DNA of 64,000 nucleotides, taken from the IMG/VR virus record IMGVR_UViG_3300015050_001523, positions 192,001 through 256,000 of that record; one strand, written 5' to 3'. Made by a program: the position numbers and the translations under genes. The notes beneath the pieces are model-generated. The model saw only the letters and a program-made list of their open reading frames with translations. It was not told the origin of the DNA and made no database searches. Numbering within the stretch: position 1 is the stretch's first letter; each line of letters opens with the position of its first letter. The DNA is from a virus. Lineage: Duplodnaviria; Caudoviricetes. Below, piece after piece: positions 57,401 through 64,000 of the stretch.

Positions 57401-57971
57401 CTATATTTCTCCTAAATTTGATCAGGCTAGCACTTCAAATAAAGTAAGGGCTAGATCATATCAAGATTATAATCTTGCGAAAGAAAGAAATGCTAAATTT
57501 GGCATCGTAAATCAAATAGATTTAAATGAAGAACCATCAGATGATGTTAGATTTACAATTGATTTTAGTATTATCGACTCTCTAGATCAGGATATCATTA
57601 ATATATTTTCAACCTTAGAAGAGTTAGATAATATTCTTGGAAGTCCTGAATTGATGTTTGCTCCTGATTACCCAGGACTTGCAAATATGAGAAAAATTTA
57701 TTTCAATAGACTTACAGAAAAGATAAAACTCAAATCTTTCTTTGAGTTTTTTAAATGGTTTGATAGAAGTATTGGAGATTTTATATCTGCACTTTTACCT
57801 AGAAAAACTAAATTTAGGGGAGTCAATTTTATAATTGAGTCTCATATGCTTGAAAGGCCGAAATTTGAAAATTTAAATATTGATCAATATTTAAGTGCAG
57901 CAACAGAAAGGAGTTCTCAAAAGGGAACAATTTTACTTCAACAAATTATTGGACAGGTTAAAAAATACTAA
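54453..57971 (+). CDS. Large baseplate protein with LamG/ConA-like domains
   Basis: FNHIVATF..LFVD..FYIGSG..FSGAMDEFRF..LVLYFKFNE; second copy HWNVSF..SQIRFW. Confidence 0.72.
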   Translation: MTQFNSLKFNNPGLFRPSVIRGILDSPAPTGMINFNDVADRNIGTSSSFRYDAPGSGIRSTQQIIVDYSKFENHTFFQSAKTNVNLSFYKVINEFPFDGTRKEIEQFLDSLTGFEKYVYDNFPKNKGYLFFSGSGDSSGTHVEVVDFAGSIFPTIAKNKTGNSVLNPNLDSFSWEFQLYVPSEANDVQVICQKHSGSNQGVSLFLSESASTSESQILFTAVSSSVYLQASAPIEKGKFNHIVATFNRRPGINRLDLFVDETLKSTSSNFSEFGEIDFNVSPFYIGSGSAVSLAGSLVTPITTFSGAMDEFRFFHNIRTIEDQKKFAKKGIYQTEDLVLYFKFNEPSGSFAAAGDTQTERIVLDYSGNSLHGLINETGFSTNLRITSSIENPMTYENMSLCPILFPNYQEIIDLNDDLLTSASFYDVSNPNLITKLIPSHYFLEGQAEEALIREDGTIVDPITGETIPGTANVGQAQIIQTMLYIWAKFFDEQKIVLDNFGKVLNVTYDGENAAPDQVLPKIAEFFGVTLPNLFNGSSVEQFINAENLSFDYSTGEISLKDIQNQIWRRILVNLKDIIQSKGTLHSVKSFIRALGIDPDSNFRIREYGGPTRKNLSNQREIRSEVSTMIDMSGTNSLISSQILSGSRTEIGFPNIDGTFVNKNSYSPHGISNDISDGYLTSGSFTYEAIYKYPKNRKVDGIQSLARIHIQTGSIQMFDNGESAVSLNMVAVSGSEPQVKLYARPGMNSSITDSPFLTMSINADIFDGNHWNVSFGRFRADDPSDYLIESENLVKSYNSSSYFLRAARAARGNIVEQFITQSFFQEANNKDDDSFCNNSSTLNASGSFIMIGSQSLNTGTGSLFGYLNSTDTITDTDSRETNFNGLISQIRFWSKGLLEDEWREHVRNFKSLGVTVPSSNFNFETIATGSWNRLRIDASTDQMTTSSNGSGEISIFDFSQNSYHLSGSGFELDSLIIKPETFFSSYISPKFDQASTSNKVRARSYQDYNLAKERNAKFGIVNQIDLNEEPSDDVRFTIDFSIIDSLDQDIINIFSTLEELDNILGSPELMFAPDYPGLANMRKIYFNRLTEKIKLKSFFEFFKWFDRSIGDFISALLPRKTKFRGVNFIIESHMLERPKFENLNIDQYLSAATERSSQKGTILLQQIIGQVKKY

Positions 57972-58768
57972 TGTCATTTTATAATTTATATAGCCCATTT
58001 GTCGAGGCTCCAACAATAAGAACAACGCAACCACCAGCCTTTAGTGGAATTTCTATTGATATGAGCACAGCTCAGGGTATTTCATTTAGAAATCCGCTAT
58101 TAAGACAAGTTACTATTTTACCTCAGATTAATAGCGGAAGAACTGATTTTGTTGTTGATTGTTTTAATTTTGGATTTGATACTCCAAATGATTCAACTAA
58201 GCCTTTTTCTGACCAAGAGAATTGGACTGCTGAAAAATATCTTCAAGATCCAAGCCAATTTAGTTCTCCATTATATCTTGGTGATTATTTGCCAAATAAT
58301 GGAGCGTTAGAGCCTTTAACAATTCGAGACGTAGCATCAAGAAAAGTAATTAATAGTCCTCATAGAATTAGAGGGAATATTTGTGGAGGAAATGAAGATT
58401 CTTTTGATGGTTCTGATGTGGTTGTGTCTCATATTTTATATAAAAAGAATACTGATTTTGTTCCTTACAAAGATTCGGCAAGCTCTATTGGATTAACTGT
58501 TTTATTGGGAACAGTTTTAGATCCTAAAAATGATAAAATTGAGCCATTTAGTGACGATGATTTAAATTCAAAAAGAAGATTTTTATCAGAAATTTCCAAT
58601 AACTCTAACCTTTCTGCGCTTTTTGATGGATTATTAGACATGACAGGTTCTACTGATGACGATTTTAGGCCATTAAACTCAAAGGCTTCTACTTCTGGCT
58701 TTATATATAAAAGTTATGGAATAAATCTTGGAACAGATAGCTTGGCATTTGGAGGGCTTTTTAAATAA
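57971..58768 (+). CDS. Putative structural protein
   Basis: Coupled within the baseplate block. Confidence 0.55.
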   Translation: MSFYNLYSPFVEAPTIRTTQPPAFSGISIDMSTAQGISFRNPLLRQVTILPQINSGRTDFVVDCFNFGFDTPNDSTKPFSDQENWTAEKYLQDPSQFSSPLYLGDYLPNNGALEPLTIRDVASRKVINSPHRIRGNICGGNEDSFDGSDVVVSHILYKKNTDFVPYKDSASSIGLTVLLGTVLDPKNDKIEPFSDDDLNSKRRFLSEISNNSNLSALFDGLLDMTGSTDDDFRPLNSKASTSGFIYKSYGINLGTDSLAFGGLFK

Positions 58769-61356
58769 TGAGTACGACAATTGGTGGACTTCCTCCTCGT
58801 GTATCTATAAGGCAGACAGATTCATTAACTGGTTCTTATCCTTCTATTGCTAGAACAGGTGATGATAGTAGGACGGGAGCATATTCCGTATATTATAACG
58901 ATAATAACACAATAAATTTTACAACAACTTTGCATGAGAACTCCATGTCGGCGATTCCTGGTGAATCAATAACTCCATTTAATGAAAGTTTTAGACCGGA
59001 ACAAAGTAATGAAATTTCATTTTATAATACAGGTTCTTCCGAATTAGAAACTTCATTAGGATTTTCAACAAAACTTTCATCAAAAACTCAAATTAAATTT
59101 TCTTTAAATGTAGATTCTTTATCAATAATGAATGCAGAATCTGCTTCAATAATGTATTATAATAAAGATACAAAAACATTTAATTTAGTAGGTGGCAGTG
59201 ATGCAATGACCAATCCTTTCGCACCTTATCTTAAGGCAGGTTTAGGCCGAGATTCCAAACTTTTTAATGCAATTGGATTCCCATTGATGAGTGGCTCATC
59301 TGGTGCTCTTTCTGCATCATCACCATTTCATGGACAAAATCCTGGACAGTCTGGAAGATTTGATGAAATTTACAATTACATTCAAGAAGGTTCCGTAACA
59401 TTAAATCAAAATTTTGAAGCAACAAGTTCTCAATTAATCTCATTATCTCAAATAATAAAACATCCATTTTTATTAGAGAAGGCAGTTATAGAAATGAATG
59501 TCTCTTCATCAAATGGATGGTTTGACGATATTACAAGATGTAATTTCTCTGGTAGCGTATTCTTTTCTGATATGGGAGGCCCAGGAGTAACAATTAGTTT
59601 ATTAAATCAAATTCAAGACAATAAAAGAGAAATTATTCTAAGTTCTACTATTATTCCGATAGGAGACACAGGATCATTCCCCTACTATATGGCAAATGGA
59701 GACAGGTGGAACCCAGCAGGATTTGGAAGTTTTGCTACACCTGGAGCTATTGTTAGTAACTCTGGAATCGAAAAAGTTCAAATAACAGCTAATGCAGCAA
59801 ATACTAATGGATTTTTACTTTTGGGAGATTATGATTTAAATAATTCATTTATTTCAGAAGTAAAGCCATTTGGAAGATCGTTGAATTCAAAAGAAGTAAG
59901 CGCAAGAAGTTACTTTGGGAAAGAATATCAAGTAAGCAATATCAATTCTTTGATAAATCTTAGAGATTTTATAAGATATGAAATTGATGATTTTTCAACG
60001 CAAGTTGCAAAGCCCGTTACAGCAATTTTACAATTTGAAAAACAGTCATATTCTCCATATCTTTTGTTTCCTGAAGATAATTTAATTTTTGCAGTTTCAA
60101 AACATAGGCCAATTATTGAGGATCTTGCAGATTCAGCGAGAGGACTTACAGGTAGTCATGAATTTGGAATTCCTTCAGGAGTTATAAATATAACATTATA
60201 TGGTTCTCTCATAAGATCAGAAAAAGAATTTCATGATACATTGAATCAAAATTTGACTTCTAATTCTGTATATGAAAATATACAATCTTCCGTTGTTGAT
60301 CAATTTGATATTCAACCACAGAATTTATTTATTGGTTCTTATATATCAGAATTTTTTACTGGATCCATGTTGATATCTGGAACCTATAATACATCTTCTT
60401 ATTATGGAAATGGATATGTCGATGCTCGTCGCGGAGTAAGATCCTCTGTTATTGGAGTTTCTAACTCAATAACTGATGTTTTTCCAACAGTCGATTTTTT
60501 CACATCAATTCCTGGATTCAATAGAAATATTCAAATTTTTAGCGAAGAAGAGAGATATTATGACACAATTCTTCCAAGAATTGATCAAATTTCTAAAATT
60601 GAGGGAGCTGATATTGCAAACGACTTTGGTAACGATGGTAAAAATTATTACCTTCTTGGAAATGGAAATAATGCATTTGTTACTTGGCTAAAGTCTTGGA
60701 ACTCATTATTTTTATTTGAGCCAAGATTCTCATCTGTTTCAAGAACTATAAGCCCATTTTCAAATGTTTTTTCAAATAAAAAATTGTCAGATGGAACTGC
60801 TTTTATTAAGGCATCAAGCGATGCTGGAGTGCTTCGCGCACATAGTATTGGAAACGGCCCGATATACACTCCAGGTACTGATTGGAAATTTCAGGGAGTA
60901 TTTATTGACGTAAATCTTGAATTAAGATCTGTACCAAATGATAAATTAGCTAAAAATATTTATGGAATTGGAGATGGGCAATTTGGAGAGCCAGTTTTTA
61001 TATCTAGAGATAAGATTACTGGAGAGTATGTTTTTGATAGCCAAGTAAGAGGATTTAAGTATGGTTTATTAAATACGAATAAAGAAATGAGAAAATGGCA
61101 TTTTCGAAGAGATAGATTTGGACAATTTAGAGATATGCTTGAGCAAGCAAGAGATTCAAAAATGTTTCTTCAGCCAAATTCAACAACTATTCCATCTCCT
61201 GTAAAAATTAGATTTGTTGGAGCTAATAATTCAACAACTTCTGGAGAGGAAACATTTTCAAACAATCTTTCATTAGCAGCAACTTCTTCATTACCATATT
61301 TTGATGGTGAGGCAAGAAGTCGTGGAGATCTTCCTGATATTGATTTAGTTCCATAG
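58768..61356 (+). CDS. Large putative structural protein
   Basis: 862 aa, S/G/F-rich, in the baseplate block; ends RDRFGQFRDMLEQ..PYFDG. Confidence 0.6.
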   Translation: MSTTIGGLPPRVSIRQTDSLTGSYPSIARTGDDSRTGAYSVYYNDNNTINFTTTLHENSMSAIPGESITPFNESFRPEQSNEISFYNTGSSELETSLGFSTKLSSKTQIKFSLNVDSLSIMNAESASIMYYNKDTKTFNLVGGSDAMTNPFAPYLKAGLGRDSKLFNAIGFPLMSGSSGALSASSPFHGQNPGQSGRFDEIYNYIQEGSVTLNQNFEATSSQLISLSQIIKHPFLLEKAVIEMNVSSSNGWFDDITRCNFSGSVFFSDMGGPGVTISLLNQIQDNKREIILSSTIIPIGDTGSFPYYMANGDRWNPAGFGSFATPGAIVSNSGIEKVQITANAANTNGFLLLGDYDLNNSFISEVKPFGRSLNSKEVSARSYFGKEYQVSNINSLINLRDFIRYEIDDFSTQVAKPVTAILQFEKQSYSPYLLFPEDNLIFAVSKHRPIIEDLADSARGLTGSHEFGIPSGVINITLYGSLIRSEKEFHDTLNQNLTSNSVYENIQSSVVDQFDIQPQNLFIGSYISEFFTGSMLISGTYNTSSYYGNGYVDARRGVRSSVIGVSNSITDVFPTVDFFTSIPGFNRNIQIFSEEERYYDTILPRIDQISKIEGADIANDFGNDGKNYYLLGNGNNAFVTWLKSWNSLFLFEPRFSSVSRTISPFSNVFSNKKLSDGTAFIKASSDAGVLRAHSIGNGPIYTPGTDWKFQGVFIDVNLELRSVPNDKLAKNIYGIGDGQFGEPVFISRDKITGEYVFDSQVRGFKYGLLNTNKEMRKWHFRRDRFGQFRDMLEQARDSKMFLQPNSTTIPSPVKIRFVGANNSTTSGEETFSNNLSLAATSSLPYFDGEARSRGDLPDIDLVP

Positions 61357-61421
61357 AATTAATCACTTATTTTTAGATCAGACTATTTATCTAGAATTAA
61401 TATAGGATACTTTAAAAATAA

Positions 61422-62336
61422 ATGGCTGGTATATTAAATAATAAAGAAAGAATTCTTGATTCAATTATAACTCTTGAGGGACGCCGCCAGATTATTGGCG
61501 GCAAATTAAAAATTGAGTTTGCCTCTTTTAGTGATCGATTGACTTTTTATGAGGCTGATATAGCATCAGGCTCATCTGATGCTAGTAATCGTATTTATTT
61601 TGAAGCAGTTTCTTTACCTCAAGATCAAGTAACATTAGAAGCTGATGACTCTGGCAGATTGTTGTCTTTTGAAGGGCGAAATTTCACAAAAATTGTACAA
61701 GGAAAAGCTGTAGTAAGTGGTTCTTTTTTGACCGATAGTTCGCAATATGCAAGTACAGCAGATGACTTGTTGGCGGATTCTTTTAATAACTTTACGAGTT
61801 TGAGATCCATTGGGAGTATGGATTTTTTTAGAGACGATAAAAATTTTTTAATATCTCCACAAAATGTAAGATTTAAAATAACAGACAAAAGACCTTTAGG
61901 CAATGATGATATTCAATCAATTGGAATAGATAAGGCAGAATCTTTTTTCCAAGATAAAAGATTGTCTCATATTAAGAATTTTAAATTTTTGCCACCTAAA
62001 AATAAAAAAACAATAACAGATCCTAATGGTTCATCACTGGGAGAGTACAAACAATTATCTCAACCTGAAATATTATCAATTGAAGAATTAAAAAAGAGTT
62101 TACTCTATAAAGATTTTGAAACAATATATTTTTCTGAATCTTCAAGATTTAATAATATTTTTTGTCAATTCTTTGAAATTACAGGGAATGATATTAAAAA
62201 ATTAGATGTTATTGACTTTGGATTATTTCCTTCGGCTGAAGGAGACGATATTCATGTTTTTTTTGTTGGAAAAATATTTGTTGACAATCTTAACAGAAGT
62301 ACATTTATAAACCTTTTCACTTTGGTTTTTGAGTAA
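61422..62336 (+). CDS. Putative structural protein
   Basis: MAGILNNKERILDSIIT.EGRRQI motif; structural context. Confidence 0.6.
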   Translation: MAGILNNKERILDSIITLEGRRQIIGGKLKIEFASFSDRLTFYEADIASGSSDASNRIYFEAVSLPQDQVTLEADDSGRLLSFEGRNFTKIVQGKAVVSGSFLTDSSQYASTADDLLADSFNNFTSLRSIGSMDFFRDDKNFLISPQNVRFKITDKRPLGNDDIQSIGIDKAESFFQDKRLSHIKNFKFLPPKNKKTITDPNGSSLGEYKQLSQPEILSIEELKKSLLYKDFETIYFSESSRFNNIFCQFFEITGNDIKKLDVIDFGLFPSAEGDDIHVFFVGKIFVDNLNRSTFINLFTLVFE

Positions 62337-62339
62337 ATT

Positions 62340-64000
62340 ATGAAACATCAAACAAAAAACAAAAATGAAAATATAATTTCATTAGATTCTGAAGATTTTG
62401 CATCTTTAATTGATTTTGGACAAAAAGTGGTTTATGAATTTAGGTATTCTATCAACATTCCGGCAGCATTAAAAGCAGGAGCGCAAAAAGTTGAGATTTC
62501 TACATTTACATCAAGTAAGCCGAAACCACCTTCCATATTTACTTCTAATTCTATTTCAAATAAGCCATCTTCTTTGACTTTGGTTAAAAACATACAACAA
62601 ATAACTGCTGTAAAAAAAGATATAAAAAATGCAAATACAAATGCAAAATTTTCTAATTCAATAAGTGATTTTACTACAAAGGCAAGTAATGATTCTTTGT
62701 TTTCTTCATTTAAAAATAAAGTATTTAAATTGGCACTAGCTCCATCTATAAATCAAAAGAAAGCAATTGAGCCAATATTAAAAATAAGTAATTTTCCTTC
62801 TTCATCAATTATACAATCTCCAAAATCATTATCTGTAAAAGGAATTCTTCAAAATAAACAAGACCCTTCAAACATTCAAGCATCATTTTCTGTTGGCGCT
62901 TCAAAAGCGATTCAAGGAGTTATTACCCCTTCTCAAACATCATTAAAAACTCTTCCTTTATCTTCATTGAAGATTTCTCAAAAAATATTAAAACAAAAAG
63001 GAATAACAACATCTCAACAGGCATCAGACAATACAATTATTCCAATTTTAGTTCAAGAAGATACAAATTTCGCAAATGTAAAAAAAATTATTGAATTCGA
63101 GCCAAATACTTTAGGAAATTCGCCTGATTTTATAGTGCAATTTAGTTTGCTTGGAGTAAATGGGTTAGTAATTGAAAAAATACAAAGAACCGTTGAGCAT
63201 TCACAAAACATTAGAGTTATCCAAACTCCAACTATACCCCCAGTTGTTTCATCAGTTACTTTGCCTGCAAGAAACTTATTGACAATAATTCAAAAAGATC
63301 CATTGGCAAAATCTGTTGATATATTTAGAAAAATTTTTAACAGAACACAAAGACTAGAAGAACAAAAATATACATTTGTTGCAAATGTACCTGTGGATAA
63401 AATGAAAGGGCCAGTTCCATTTGAAGACCTCATTGGAAACGCCTCAGACATTATTTACAGGGTTATTCCTAAAGGCGGTCAGCAACAGCTTGGTTCGGTG
63501 TTTACAAACAAGGTAGTAAATGCTTACAGGTTTGGACTTTCAAGAGAAAGAACATCAAGACTTCTTTACGCTGGGATTGTTGCTCAGTCAGATCCAAAAG
63601 GAATAAAAATTGATGTCTTTTCTTTACCTCCTGGTGTTTCTGCAATTAAGTTATTGTGCAGAGACAAAACAAGAAATGATACAAATTTTAAAATTGTTCC
63701 TTCTTTTATAGGGAGGAATGAAACAACTGTTGTTGGAGATGTTGAACAAACTTATTCTTTTATTGATATATTTTCAAAATATAATAATATTATAGAGTAT
63801 AATTTAATATTATTGTTTGAAAATGGAGATGAAGAGATTTGTACAAATAGAGAAATTTATAAAAATATTCCATTTTCTTTTGGAGTTGTAGATACTTCAA
63901 TTGGCCAGCCAAAAATTCTTCAAACAAAAAGTGGAATTGATATTCAATTTAGTATAAAATCAATTATCAGATCTTCTAATGCATCAATTTTGAAAAAAAT
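62340..64000 (+). CDS. Large putative structural protein, 3'-truncated by the window edge
   Basis: ATG at 62340 (MKHQTKNK); I found no stop in the part I translated and the frame appears to run off the end; absent from the ORF track, consistent with having no stop. Confidence 0.7.
   Translation, partial: MKHQTKNKNENIISLDSEDFASLIDFGQKVVYEFRYSINIPAALKAGAQKVEISTFTSSKPKPPSIFTSNSISNKPSSLTLVKNIQQITAVKKDIKNANTNAKFSNSISDFTTKASNDSLFSSFKNKVFKLALAPSINQKKAIEPILKISNFPSSSIIQSPKSLSVKGILQNKQDPSNIQASFSVGASKAIQGVITPSQTSLKTLPLSSLKISQKILKQKGITTSQQASDNTIIPILVQEDTNFANVKKIIEFEPNTLGNSPDFIVQFSLLGVNGLVIEKIQRTVEHSQNIRVIQTPTIPPVVSSVTLPARNLLTIIQKDPLAKSVDIFRKIFNRTQRLEEQKYTFVANVPVDKMKGPVPFEDLIGNASDIIYRVIPKGGQQQLGSVFTNKVVNAYRFGLSRERTSRLLYAGIVAQSDPKGIKIDVFSLPPGVSAIKLLCRDKTRNDTNFKIVPSFIGRNETTVVGDVEQTYSFIDIFSKYNNIIEYNLILLFENGDEEICTNREIYKNIPFSFGVVDTSIGQPKILQTKSGIDIQFSIKSIIRSSNASILKK

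Noticed and set aside
465-61903. Short ORFs antisense to or nested in long genes (e.g. 465..707, 10320..10784, 18890..19204, 46592..46960, 61625..61903)
   Set aside because: Shadow frames of well-supported genes, with no motifs or ribosome-binding sites.
1-64000. CRISPR array or mini-array
   Set aside because: No regularly spaced direct repeats with unique spacers were seen; intergenic gaps are all under 170 bp.
1-64000. Stop-codon reassignment (code 15 or 4), as in some jumbo phages
   Set aside because: Known proteins are full-length in code 11, and TAG (16305, 34745, 61356) and TGA (11113, 25531, 47510) end genes right before the next start. The sigma truncation is not rescued by TGA read-through evidence.

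Overview
AT-rich, gene-dense fragment of a large (jumbo-type) contractile-tailed dsDNA phage using the standard code 11. No rRNA, host housekeeping operon, CRISPR array or reverse transcriptase is visible. Layout: (1) 1-5477 (+) Ser/Thr/Gly-rich virion/tail-fibre genes. (2) 5464-22412, mostly (-): early/accessory block with three canonical tRNAs (Ser-UGA, Lys-CUU, Lys-UUU), sigma70-type promoters, an RpoD-like sigma truncated in region 4, a DNA methyltransferase, IF-1, an ATP-grasp protein, an HNH plus fatty-acid-hydroxylase island, two nucleotidyltransferases, an AAA ATPase and a 2H phosphoesterase. (3) 22400-31858 (+): a D-armless tRNA-Arg-like RNA, degenerate DNA ligase, degenerate GroEL, ClpP, DinG-like helicase, Hc1-like protein, zinc/sigma4 protein and PIN-PhoH. 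(4) 32027-47510: a large glycosyltransferase/nucleotide-sugar cluster. (5) 47879-64000: gp55-like late sigma and a baseplate/tail structural block. Best leads: a T4 Gol-like (gp23 capsid) peptide grafted onto a HREDGPA-repeat protein; a sigma factor apparently split into a core plus stand-alone sigma4 modules; a re-engineered tRNA-like RNA; several pseudo-enzymes; and an NTase-AAA-2H-NTase cluster. All product calls come from motif recognition by eye; no searches were run.
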